Source: a virus. Taken from it: a stretch of DNA of 64,000 nt. The stretch lies in IMG/VR virus record IMGVR_UViG_3300012953_000016, positions 1 through 64,000 of that record; one strand, written 5' to 3'. The notes under the pieces are model-generated. The model saw nothing but the letters and a program-made list of their open reading frames with translations. It made no database searches and was not told where the DNA came from. How positions within the stretch are numbered: position 1 is the stretch's first letter; every line of letters starts with the position of its first letter. Below are positions 49,967-59,687 of the stretch, in pieces. Made by a program: the position numbers and the translations under genes.

Positions 49967-50611
49967 TTAAGATATTACTGTACCAGCATCTCCGCCTGAG
50001 ATACCTTCTATTCCTCGAAGATCTAATTTATAAGGATGTACAATCCCAGTAAGCTCTGCATATACTCTAGCGCTACCCGCTGACCCAGCAATATAAATTC
50101 TTCTACATCGTACATTCATATCAATTGTTTCGCCATCGGCGAGTGTATAATAATGAGAATTAGCTAGTACGGCAGAGTCTGGCCTGGCATCGGAGACATC
50201 ATTATATGCAGCTAGCTCAGTATCAGTTAATACATCACCTCTAGCCGTTGGGGCAGGATCAAGAACGACCTGTGGATCTGCACCATTTTCGTCTGCACCC
50301 TCAAGATCTTCAGCAGGTACCATTAGTGAGCAAAAATAAACGAAGAGGTTATTTGCTGTTAAATTTTTGATAGTCACACGCTTGGTCACATAAGGAAATG
50401 TTATAGTAACATCATCACCCTTACAAAAATCATTTGCGGCGAAGCCTTCGGTGCTAATACCATCACCATTAGCGTGACCGTTATTTGGGGCGACCTCAAT
50501 TACATACGGCCGGCCAGACATTTGATACTCGGCAACCGATCCAAGGCCTGGACCAGGATAGCTTTTTACGTGTGGTGCATTATTAGATCTGTCTTTATCA
50601 TAATACGACAT
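49967..50611 (-). CDS. Virion structural protein
   Basis: PGLGSVAEYQMSGRPY, I.FPYVTK..T, AELTGI; start set at the ATG at 50611 with GGAG SD. Confidence 0.6.
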   Translation of the reverse strand: MSYYDKDRSNNAPHVKSYPGPGLGSVAEYQMSGRPYVIEVAPNNGHANGDGISTEGFAANDFCKGDDVTITFPYVTKRVTIKNLTANNLFVYFCSLMVPAEDLEGADENGADPQVVLDPAPTARGDVLTDTELAAYNDVSDARPDSAVLANSHYYTLADGETIDMNVRCRRIYIAGSAGSARVYAELTGIVHPYKLDLRGIEGISGGDAGTVIS

Positions 50612-50613
50612 TC

Positions 50614-51219
50614 TTATTTCTCCCAATCCAGTATATCATTAAATAATCTATCAACTCTATCAGTTTTGTTAAAATGCTTTCGTAGATCTTTTTGTGATAC
50701 CGATTTTCCTTCGGCCATCATAAATGCGCCTGGTGTTGAAGGCTCAGAAACAAAATCCCAACATATAAGCTGGAAGTCGTCTTGTACGACATCATAATCA
50801 CCTTCATTTTTTGTTGAACCAACCCCACGGGAGGAAATTCCTAACGTCACACCAGATTCAACAAGGCTCTGGAGAATCTTTCCGCATGGTGTATCTAGCA
50901 ACTCCACGTTGCCATAACATACACCGTCGTCCATCCATGCCTCCCTAATAATGTGTGACACGTTCTTAAGTTCAACGACAGACGAGTCAGGGTGATCACA
51001 TTCACCTAGCGCTCGATTTTCTCGAATAAACTTTTGATAATTTCTTACTTCTCTCTCTAAGATAGGGAGAGGATATACACGGCCATTCTGATTGAGGGTA
51101 TCTGCTTTTTGCAAAATTCCCTTCATGACAATCTTACCACCATGTTTGTCTTTTGACTCCTGGATCATCTCTTTCGTATATTCAAAAGCAGTCCAGGCTG
51201 TTAACAGCTTACTCATCAT
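50614..51219 (-). CDS. Prohead protease (T4 gp21-like)
   Basis: NQNGRVYP, ALGECDHP, NVSH, LDTPCGKI, GISSRGVGS, DFVSEPSTPGA. Confidence 0.95.
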   Translation of the reverse strand: MMSKLLTAWTAFEYTKEMIQESKDKHGGKIVMKGILQKADTLNQNGRVYPLPILEREVRNYQKFIRENRALGECDHPDSSVVELKNVSHIIREAWMDDGVCYGNVELLDTPCGKILQSLVESGVTLGISSRGVGSTKNEGDYDVVQDDFQLICWDFVSEPSTPGAFMMAEGKSVSQKDLRKHFNKTDRVDRLFNDILDWEK

Positions 51220-52063
51220 CAGCCTCCGTAATTTCCGACTTAAGTTGGGAGACTAGCAAAAACCTAGAAACGGTCTCATCATTAACGATAGCGATGTCTA
51301 AGCTATCTACAGCTGATTGGACTTTATTCATTTTCTCATTTAAGATAATATTCTTACAATTTTCGGAATAAAGTTCGAGCTCAGTGGTTAAACTTTCTTT
51401 TAGCTCATTCAAGTATCCCTTAAATTCTTTTGTCTCGCCATTTTGAGTACTAAACACATATTCCTTGATCAACGTCTGTTGTTCATCATTTAACTGTTGT
51501 CCGTATCTCTTATTAAATTTTTCTGTCATTAACCGTACCGTTAACGCACTTACGTCACCATCTGATAGTACTTCAAGTGGTTCGTCTTTCTTTTCGGACA
51601 ATAACATATTGCAAACTTTATTCTCATAATCAGCAACACGTGCTAGGTGAGGTTGGGTCTGGTTGCGCCAATCGTTCAGCAATGTCTGGATCGTCGCATA
51701 TTCCCTATATTCATTAATCCTTTGATTATAAAAGGTAGGATCTTCAAGTGAATAATTGATGTCCTTTATTAATGACGCCTTTTCTTTTCTTAGTTGTACC
51801 GAATCAAAATCTAAGGCAGCCTTTTTAGCTTCCTGTAGAATTCGTGTAGCTAAAGACTCTTTATCAACTGACGTTTTAACTAATGCATTAAAAAGTCTAA
51901 ACTCTCTATACAGCTGGGTACCTGGTTGAAAGTGACCCCTAATGATACCTAAAGTAGTTTTATACTTCTCTGTATCATCGCTGATCAAAGATTCAGCCAT
52001 CGTCCGTAGGAGCTGTTCATAGATAATACCAACATTTCTTTTTTTGTTGTGAGACTTACTCAT
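51209..52063 (-). CDS. Conserved head protein between portal and protease
   Basis: HNKKRN.G..YEQL, FY...I..YR.YA.I, FN.RY...L...Q. Confidence 0.7.
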   Translation of the reverse strand: MSKSHNKKRNVGIIYEQLLRTMAESLISDDTEKYKTTLGIIRGHFQPGTQLYREFRLFNALVKTSVDKESLATRILQEAKKAALDFDSVQLRKEKASLIKDINYSLEDPTFYNQRINEYREYATIQTLLNDWRNQTQPHLARVADYENKVCNMLLSEKKDEPLEVLSDGDVSALTVRLMTEKFNKRYGQQLNDEQQTLIKEYVFSTQNGETKEFKGYLNELKESLTTELELYSENCKNIILNEKMNKVQSAVDSLDIAIVNDETVSRFLLVSQLKSEITEADDE

Positions 52064-54127
52064 TTACTCATTATCCTCTTGATTATCCAGTGCTATATCA
52101 AAATCAATATCATCATCTAGATCTTCTTGATTCTCCAAAATCATACGTTTACTAGTATTACCTATTGCGCTGGACAGTTTACTTAACGTAGATTCTATCT
52201 CTCTTGTCATTCTAGAGTGCTGTTGAATTTTATTGTCTAAAAAGTCACTCATCCCGGGAACTGACTGGCGAGAGCGACCAGCATTTTCACGAAATGGATC
52301 TTTGAAGAAGTCATTATCAAACGGCTTATTTGAAGTATCTTGTTTTCTGGTAGCACCCCCAGTTGAGGTCATGCTAAGAAAGTCAGGCATATGTGTTGAA
52401 TCTGCACCAAAACGAACCTTGCGAGATTTCTTTATCGGTTCCCCAAATGCATTCCTGATTTGTGCCTGAGCTTTGGTAGGAGATTCTTCATCATCAATTG
52501 ACAAAATGTGTACATTGTCATCATCGTCTTCTTCGTCGTCATCGTCATCACCTTCTCCTTTCGAGGGAAGTGCTGTTAATAACTCACCTGAAACTTTATC
52601 ACCGGCAAAAAGATCATCCCCGCCAGCATCATCTTCTCCTCCGCCAGCATCATCTTCTGGCGCGTCTCCAAAGAGATCGCCTCCGCCGGCGCCACCGCCG
52701 GCGTCACCACCGGCTTCGGCACCGGGTGCTTGGGTAGCTTCAATTTCTAAGTCGCTAACCTTGTCAACTTTCTTTCCTTCTTCAATCTGCTTAATTTCCT
52801 GATCAGTGAGACCCATTACATTCTTTCGTATCCACCGGCGGTCGACCATCCCTTCCGGTGCTGTACCGGCTATCTCAAAACGTGCACGAATTAACTCTAG
52901 TTTTTGTTGCTGTGCAACTGAGGATGGGTTTGATAGTTGTAATTCGAAATCTAATAAGTCATCGCCTTCATACCCATGGGAAAATAAGTGAATCATAGCT
53001 AATTTATTTAACTCTGATAGTACTGTTTTCTGGATTCTCTGAATCGTCCTAGAAAACCTAATATCTTCTTGGGCCAAGGTTGCTTTCGAGCCCACATCTT
53101 CATCATATCCCAAATATGCTCGAGGAATCTTTAACGCAGCGAATAATTTCTTTTGGATATATTCAACATCCTCGATTGCTGTTGTATTCTGTCCACCTGC
53201 GAGAGTATCAATCTTTGTGCCTGATTCACCACCTCTAACAGGTAGAAAATAGTCTTCATCAACAGATAATGGATTATACCTTAGATCTACACGGCCGGTG
53301 TCTTTATCAACCACTGCCGACCTCTTGAGGCTAGTCTGTGCCTGTTCTAGGTATTCCGCAACATTCTCAGGAGGGACATTACCTACATCAATATAAAATA
53401 CACGACGTTCAGGTGCCCTTATAACCCTATAGACTAACATAGCATCTTCAATCAAAATCAACTGGCGCCAGATTCTCCTTGCCGGCTCAAGTACGGAAGA
53501 TCCATATGGTAGAAAAGCATCATTCCCTAATAGCCTAAAATGTGCAACTTGCCAGTTTTCTAAAATTTGATTACCTTGTGTAATCCACCTAAATCTTACT
53601 GCGGCTGGATCTTCTGGATCAAATCCTTCTTCTCGTTCCATTTCAGAAATTGGGATTGGATATGCATTAATAATTCCATATTCCGGTGAGACATCAGTAC
53701 ACAAAAAGAAATCGCCGTATTTACATAAATTTCGGACCCACATCGTTAGATTAAATTCAATGTTTAGCGTATCATAAAATACTATCTCAAGTAGTTCCTT
53801 AATTTTCCTATTGTCAGAGTGAATGTGTAGGTTGACGCCTTTCTCATTAACAGACGTCGTTTCTTCAGAGTAAATATCTAATGCAGCAGATATCTCCGGG
53901 GTTGCCTCCATCTCGCTGAAATCACTGTACCTTGACATCCTATCGAAGGATCCATACGTACTTAGGGTATTGTTGTAAAGATCATTATGGGCCTTGCCGA
54001 ACATCTGCATAGATGAAGCAGCAGATGGTTTGTCATAACCTTTTACCCTTCTTTTAATTTGTGGACCCGCGCGGAATAACTGCGTTAATCTTTGAAACAG
54101 ATTCGGATTCTTTTTTCTACTTGGCAT
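52064..54127 (-). CDS. Portal protein (T4 gp20-like)
   Basis: EISAALDIY, W.R..CKYGD, LIEDAML.YR..RAPERRVFYIDVGN, EDYFLPVRG, KLFAALKIP, EDIRF...I.R.Q. Confidence 0.96.
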   Translation of the reverse strand: MPSRKKNPNLFQRLTQLFRAGPQIKRRVKGYDKPSAASSMQMFGKAHNDLYNNTLSTYGSFDRMSRYSDFSEMEATPEISAALDIYSEETTSVNEKGVNLHIHSDNRKIKELLEIVFYDTLNIEFNLTMWVRNLCKYGDFFLCTDVSPEYGIINAYPIPISEMEREEGFDPEDPAAVRFRWITQGNQILENWQVAHFRLLGNDAFLPYGSSVLEPARRIWRQLILIEDAMLVYRVIRAPERRVFYIDVGNVPPENVAEYLEQAQTSLKRSAVVDKDTGRVDLRYNPLSVDEDYFLPVRGGESGTKIDTLAGGQNTTAIEDVEYIQKKLFAALKIPRAYLGYDEDVGSKATLAQEDIRFSRTIQRIQKTVLSELNKLAMIHLFSHGYEGDDLLDFELQLSNPSSVAQQQKLELIRARFEIAGTAPEGMVDRRWIRKNVMGLTDQEIKQIEEGKKVDKVSDLEIEATQAPGAEAGGDAGGGAGGGDLFGDAPEDDAGGGEDDAGGDDLFAGDKVSGELLTALPSKGEGDDDDDEEDDDDNVHILSIDDEESPTKAQAQIRNAFGEPIKKSRKVRFGADSTHMPDFLSMTSTGGATRKQDTSNKPFDNDFFKDPFRENAGRSRQSVPGMSDFLDNKIQQHSRMTREIESTLSKLSSAIGNTSKRMILENQEDLDDDIDFDIALDNQEDNE

Positions 54128-54182
54128 CTTACCCTCTTTTCACCATCTAATATTAACTTGCATATGCAAAAAATAAATCTAC

Positions 54183-55787
54183 TTAATCTAATAACCAGCT
54201 ATAGTCTTCATATGGGTTTTCGTCTTCTGATCCAGAGGTAGGCCTGCTTTCATCTAAAACCCGGGGCTTGTATGGGTTTTCTGCAAACTGCCCTTGCTTC
54301 GGGAGCGAAGAATCCTTAAATGTATTTCTGTTTACTGCAAATGCATTTAGCATGGCTGCATTAATATCAACTGATTGTTTATTATAATTCGGGGAAGTAT
54401 CATAAAGCCATACACCAATAGCCAAGGCCATGACGAGGTCATCATTCTGGCCTCTTTGCGCTTGTGCCTTATTACCTTTCCATATAAACGTCTTAAGCTC
54501 ACTGTACAACCTGTCAGAGTATAGTTTGATATGGCCATTGCGTAAGACTTCTTCTAGCTTTGTTAAGATTTGGGCACGAGACTGGCCAGACGTTGTAAAT
54601 CCAGCTTTATGAATGTTACTTTCGCCTGAATACATCGCTGCATATTTGTCTCGCTCCTTCTTATAATAAAGGTTTGGGTATCCAAGCTCAATAAGCTTCA
54701 TAACTACAGCATAGCCATATGTGTTATTCTCTGGACATAATAGAGCCTTACCATATCTCATGCCGGCTTCATTTAATAATATCGCAAACTGGTCCGGCGG
54801 GATTTTGCCCTTATACTCTGCAACGACCTCTGATTCCATTATATCGATTACATGAAATGCTGAATAGTCACCTGCATCACCTCTAGCAATATCGGCAGAG
54901 ACAATATATTTGTGTTCAGAAAGTGCATACTTCCACACCCATACCCCCATATCTGGGCCCCATTTTTCTAATGGAGGCCTTATTTGGGTTCTAATTTTCT
55001 CAATATGCTCAGCCTGCAAGAACGTATCACCAGAAGCAGCAAAATCGCATAACAGCTCTTGTGCGACTTGCTTTTGGGTCAGGTTTTTACTTTCGTTCTC
55101 GAACCACTCATCATCACGCTCAGGGTGCACATCCCAAGGAAGCTTAATCGGGTTAAACTCATTTTCTTTTGAGGCAGCCTTCATATACAGATCATAATAT
55201 TGGCCACCGACACCGTTTGGTGTTGACAGTACAATTGCACGACCACCAGTAGATAGCGTAGGGTACAGGCCCATCCATAACTCATCGAAGTTTCGAACAA
55301 ACGCTGCCTCATCTACGATTAGCAAGGTTAATGCCTCAGAACGACCTGCATCTTCTGACGTCGGAATTGCTTTTACGGAAGAACCATTTGAAAACTCAAC
55401 CGATTGCTTGTTATTACTGACAATCTCTGGTAAAACCAGCCATGGTGGTAAACCTTTAAGCGCTACCTTTACCTTTTTTATGAAGTTCATCGCAACGCTA
55501 AGCTTCGTTGCGATGACAAGAATGTTCTTGTCTTTATAAAAAATTGCTAGCCATACAGCGTATGCAGCAGAGAGCGTCGAAATCCCTAGCTGTCTTGACT
55601 TCAAGATAACATTAAACCGATGAGCAACAAAGTCATCGATGCAGTCGTCCTGAAAGTCAAACGTGGCAAAAGGGATTAATCCGCGAGTAGGATGTTGGAT
55701 CTTTACGTACTTATTAAAAAAGTACTTTGGATCCTTACCACACTTTATAATCTCTTTAACCTGGCGCTGTTTATTAACTGTGGCCAT
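54183..55787 (-). CDS. Terminase large subunit (T4 gp17-like)
   Basis: KSRQLGIST, LLIVDEAAF, LSTPNG, SADIARG, ENN..G, DDLVMALAI. Confidence 0.95.
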   Translation of the reverse strand: MATVNKQRQVKEIIKCGKDPKYFFNKYVKIQHPTRGLIPFATFDFQDDCIDDFVAHRFNVILKSRQLGISTLSAAYAVWLAIFYKDKNILVIATKLSVAMNFIKKVKVALKGLPPWLVLPEIVSNNKQSVEFSNGSSVKAIPTSEDAGRSEALTLLIVDEAAFVRNFDELWMGLYPTLSTGGRAIVLSTPNGVGGQYYDLYMKAASKENEFNPIKLPWDVHPERDDEWFENESKNLTQKQVAQELLCDFAASGDTFLQAEHIEKIRTQIRPPLEKWGPDMGVWVWKYALSEHKYIVSADIARGDAGDYSAFHVIDIMESEVVAEYKGKIPPDQFAILLNEAGMRYGKALLCPENNTYGYAVVMKLIELGYPNLYYKKERDKYAAMYSGESNIHKAGFTTSGQSRAQILTKLEEVLRNGHIKLYSDRLYSELKTFIWKGNKAQAQRGQNDDLVMALAIGVWLYDTSPNYNKQSVDINAAMLNAFAVNRNTFKDSSLPKQGQFAENPYKPRVLDESRPTSGSEDENPYEDYSWLLD

Positions 55788-55790
55788 TGT

Positions 55791-56165
55791 TTACTGCACT
55801 CTTAAACTGCAGTTCCTGCGATAAATTGCAATCTTACGAGGGTTATGTACGGAAGTAGAAATAAGCTCAATATTATCCATATTCGTTACTTCTTCTAGCT
55901 TTAATGTGCTACCCGAAACTTCTTTATATCGCTTCTTGGTAGCATCTACCTTCGATGCAATAACCTGAATCGATTCATCAACTAATCTATCAACCTGCTG
56001 TCGTAGTGATTGCTCTGAGGCAAAATGTACGACAGTCTGGAATTTGATTTGAAGCTGATCATCTTCAAGGGCACATGTTAATGATCTTGTACCATCACCA
56101 CTACTTTTACCCCATGTATAATTTACAATATCACCTAATTGATTTAATTCGTCTTTTGAAATCAT
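55791..56165 (-). CDS. Hypothetical protein upstream of terminase
   Basis: AGGAG SD; late motif at 56194-56200. Confidence 0.65.
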   Translation of the reverse strand: MISKDELNQLGDIVNYTWGKSSGDGTRSLTCALEDDQLQIKFQTVVHFASEQSLRQQVDRLVDESIQVIASKVDATKKRYKEVSGSTLKLEEVTNMDNIELISTSVHNPRKIAIYRRNCSLRVQ

Positions 56166-56212
56166 GATTTATCTCCTGGATATCCTTCCTATCTAAATAT
56201 CTAGATAGCGAA

Positions 56213-56518
56213 CTATTTGACCTGATAGATGAAAGAAGGATAGTTATTTCTCTTGTTTAGCTCACTTTTAATTGTTTTTTGGTCAGGTCTCCACCCGTTA
56301 GACCAACCTTCGCTGTGAGGTACTGCCCAGGTTGTCTCGCAATTAATACAACACTTATTTCTACCATATGATAATACATCATCATGATCTCTCATTAGAT
56401 ACATACACACAGGGCACTCTAGCGGGACTACATTGGGTAGCTCAGAAGGCATAATAACTGAATAGTTTTTTAGCTTTCTAAGCTTTCTATCATTGGGAAG
56501 TGTTTTCCAGTTATCCAC
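56213..56518 (-). CDS. Small Zn-finger protein
   Basis: CPVC...CCINC...W..GWRP; GTG start with GGAGG SD, overlapping the Rad50 stop. Confidence 0.65.
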   Translation of the reverse strand: MDNWKTLPNDRKLRKLKNYSVIMPSELPNVVPLECPVCMYLMRDHDDVLSYGRNKCCINCETTWAVPHSEGWSNGWRPDQKTIKSELNKRNNYPSFIYQVK

Positions 56519-59500
56519 TCAGTGCCTCCGGTCCTGAACATTGTATTAGCGAGTTTTTACCTTGCTGCCTTATATCCAATACAACATCAACAATATCTTT
56601 AACACCATCTACATGCGAAATAACCAATATGTTCCTAAACCACCGCTTCAGGGATTTAAGCAACCTATTACATGCCTCAACATTCATAGCATCTAAAGCA
56701 CCAAAGCCCTCATCAATTACTAGCAGGTTTGTCTTAGGAAGAGAACTGATATTTATCAGTGCAACCCGAATAGCTAAAGATGCCATCATTTTCTCCATAC
56801 CGGAACCACATTCAATAATACGCCGCGAGTCCCCATAGTTTATGAAAATATCCATAGCATTGCTGTTCGGTTCTGCTTCAAGCTCTACTGTGAACCCAAC
56901 GACATCCTGCAGAATCTTTGATATCTCTGAGTTGATGATTGGTAATTGAGAAGTGATAATCTGTAGTGGGATTCCTTTCTTAGAGACTGCATTCATAAAA
57001 AGCTCATATATCTTCCATTGTGACATTAGGCCCTTGAATTCATCTCTTTCAGTACCAAGACGTGCAATCTCAGATGTAAGCAAACCAATTGATTCAGACA
57101 GGCTCATACGCTGTGAGTCAAGCTCTGATACTACGCGCTTTAGATCATTAATTTTCTTTTTGATCAAGCTTACTTCTTCAGCAACAGATCCATCACTAAC
57201 TCTAAGCCTCATGTCATTGAGTAACTTTTCTTCTTCTAGTATCAATGACTTTAAAGTTGTAATCTCAGTCGATAGTGAGTGTAAATTAACTGCCATCCCG
57301 GAGGCTTCTACTTTTAGATTCGACTCTTGAGACATAATCGAATCATACTTCTCTAACTTCTCCGCTAGGCCTTCTTTTTCTAAAACCTTAATCGACTTCT
57401 TTGTTGATCGTACATTTTCTAAAATAGTAGAGATTTTTTCTTTTTGCTCTACTAGAAGTTTATTGTGCTTATCTGACTTCTTGACATATTGACATTTCGG
57501 CAAGTGCTCAAAACAATCACATGGCTCTAGCTTTTTTGCTAGCTTTTTCTTACTTTCAAGTAACTGCTTCTCTAGATCACGTTGGTGCTCTAGCTCCTGT
57601 AACGTTTTCTCTAGATCTCTCTGGACCTCAAGACGCTCTCTTAGCTCGTCAATGGGGAACTGTTCTTTTATTTGAGATATTTTTTCTACCCTACTATTGA
57701 CCTCATCGTATTCATGGCTAATGTTGGTATGGCGGAGGGATATCTCTGATAGTCTATTTTTTGATTCATCCAGTTTTCTTTGATGATCGGCCACATCCTC
57801 TGACGTCACTAAGTCTTTGTGCTTATGTGTTGCCAAGGATACGGTCAAATCCTGTAACTTCTTTCGCATTGTAGATAAATCATTATCTATTTCATCCCGC
57901 TCATTACTCTTTCTACCCATCGTCATATTTGATTGCATTATTAGATGGTCCCATTCATGATCAGGAGCATTCTTAATCAATGCCTTAATATGTGAAGAGT
58001 CATTAGATGCTGAACTTAGCATTTCTTCAAACATGTTCAGGTTTAAGAAGTTAGTAAGAACAGCTTTTCTCTGGGTGGCCTTATATTTTATGAAATTATT
58101 CATCTCACCTTGGCTGGCCATTGATGTTAACAAAAAGTCATCAGCAGTTCCAACCAGTTTTCTAATAACCTTTTCTGTCTCTGTTCTTTGTGAGCCGCTT
58201 AAATCTTGCGTTACATTACCAGCTGCATCAATTTTGAACAAGTTTAAGTGTGTTACAGCATGCAATTTCCCTGCACGTGTTTCATGTTTTGTTGACTGTC
58301 TTTCAATCCTATATAACTGGCCGTTGATCGACATATCTACAGATCCTTGACAGTATCCTTTTCTGGAATTTATGATATGAAGGTTCTTTATAGACCCCCT
58401 GTCTGTCGTATTAAATAAGGTATACATTAATGATCCGGGGATTGAAGACTTCCCTGACCTATTTGGGCCGAATAGTCCGACGATACCATTTAGATCATCA
58501 AAATTAATATAATTTCCCTTGCCGTAAGAAAATGTATTATCAAACCTAAATTTCTTTACTGACCACTTGACGTTTCTAGCTGCATCGCCATTTGATATTT
58601 GTGGTACGTATTTATTTATTAGTTCGTCTAATGCTAACCATTCTTCATCATCTAAATCAATTTCTGAATAGTATTCTCTCATTAGTTTTGAGTGTGTCTT
58701 TGCATCACGAAGGTCATCCTTGAATAACTCACCGTTGCCAAGATTGATAACAGATGTATTCTCTGTGTCAATGTCATTCTTATAGACAATCTCTGTAGCA
58801 TCTTTAAACTCTTTAAGAGCAGAGTGCAGCTGCTTTATCTCATGCTGCGATAATTGCTGATTTGTCCGGACTCGAAACCTTGAGCCGTCTGGATGTTTTT
58901 CTGCTTCGTCAAGGGTCGATTGCACATCATCTACCCAATCGATCGTTACAAATGGCTTTGTGTGGGGTACCTCATAAAAAGTTGACCTAAAATTGTCTTT
59001 GTCTTCAATTTCCCAAAATAAGAACCCCTTACCCGGGTCTTCACCATAATTCTGTTGAATTGTTGAACCTGGATATGCAATTCTTTTTTCGTGATCGAGG
59101 TATTGAAGCTTGTGAATGTCACCTAAGAAAGTAAACTCATAATCCTTGAAAAACTCTACATTTACCTCACCATCAATTTTCCAATTGATATCAGTATGAG
59201 AACCCTCAACGCCTCCGTGGAATGTTGCGATGTTGATCTCACCAGGTACCGGCTGAACTTCATCCCAGGAATCCATATCAAAACATGAAAACACACACCA
59301 GTTAAATCCAGGAATGCCAACCGGATATGTACCAGAGTCCTTATAGAGGAATAAACGAGGATTATTTAGCGCTGAAATAATGGGGCTAATCGCATCCTGC
59401 CTGTCCTTATTCATCATTAGGCCGTCGTGATTACCTAATATGATATGTGTAGGGGCAATCTCTGCTAGTCCTGTAAACCACCAGTTTAGAATATCAATTA

Positions 59501-59675
59501 GCTCAGGAGAAATCCCCTGCGTCTTTGAATGAACGATGTCGCCACCAACAAAAATAGCATCTGGATTCAGGCTTTTTGCTTTCTCAAAAAAAGCTTGAAA
59601 TGATTCGCGGTATTCATCATGGCGAGTTAAGCCCCTAAAATGAATATCTGATATATGTACACACTTAAAACTCAT
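56511..59675 (-). CDS. Fused Mre11/SbcD nuclease - Rad50/SbcC ATPase (T4 gp47-gp46-like)
   Basis: SDIH, GDIVH, GNHD, HG, GDIH, YPGS; then GPNRSGKS, SQGE, coiled coil, SGMEK, VIDEGFG, ISH, all in one frame. Confidence 0.92.
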   Translation of the reverse strand: MSFKCVHISDIHFRGLTRHDEYRESFQAFFEKAKSLNPDAIFVGGDIVHSKTQGISPELIDILNWWFTGLAEIAPTHIILGNHDGLMMNKDRQDAISPIISALNNPRLFLYKDSGTYPVGIPGFNWCVFSCFDMDSWDEVQPVPGEINIATFHGGVEGSHTDINWKIDGEVNVEFFKDYEFTFLGDIHKLQYLDHEKRIAYPGSTIQQNYGEDPGKGFLFWEIEDKDNFRSTFYEVPHTKPFVTIDWVDDVQSTLDEAEKHPDGSRFRVRTNQQLSQHEIKQLHSALKEFKDATEIVYKNDIDTENTSVINLGNGELFKDDLRDAKTHSKLMREYYSEIDLDDEEWLALDELINKYVPQISNGDAARNVKWSVKKFRFDNTFSYGKGNYINFDDLNGIVGLFGPNRSGKSSIPGSLMYTLFNTTDRGSIKNLHIINSRKGYCQGSVDMSINGQLYRIERQSTKHETRAGKLHAVTHLNLFKIDAAGNVTQDLSGSQRTETEKVIRKLVGTADDFLLTSMASQGEMNNFIKYKATQRKAVLTNFLNLNMFEEMLSSASNDSSHIKALIKNAPDHEWDHLIMQSNMTMGRKSNERDEIDNDLSTMRKKLQDLTVSLATHKHKDLVTSEDVADHQRKLDESKNRLSEISLRHTNISHEYDEVNSRVEKISQIKEQFPIDELRERLEVQRDLEKTLQELEHQRDLEKQLLESKKKLAKKLEPCDCFEHLPKCQYVKKSDKHNKLLVEQKEKISTILENVRSTKKSIKVLEKEGLAEKLEKYDSIMSQESNLKVEASGMAVNLHSLSTEITTLKSLILEEEKLLNDMRLRVSDGSVAEEVSLIKKKINDLKRVVSELDSQRMSLSESIGLLTSEIARLGTERDEFKGLMSQWKIYELFMNAVSKKGIPLQIITSQLPIINSEISKILQDVVGFTVELEAEPNSNAMDIFINYGDSRRIIECGSGMEKMMASLAIRVALINISSLPKTNLLVIDEGFGALDAMNVEACNRLLKSLKRWFRNILVISHVDGVKDIVDVVLDIRQQGKNSLIQCSGPEALSG

Positions 59676-59687
59676 TCAAATCCCAAC

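Noticed and set aside
55570-55605. Terminase Walker A lacking the usual Lys (RQLGIST vs T4 RQLGKT)
   Set aside because: The other ATPase and nuclease motifs are intact and an upstream Lys (KSRQ) is present; more likely a lineage variant than inactivation.
4771-55787. Inteins or introns in RNR, helicase, RecA, terminase or MCP
   Set aside because: Core motifs are contiguous, and no intein termini or homing endonuclease motifs were seen.
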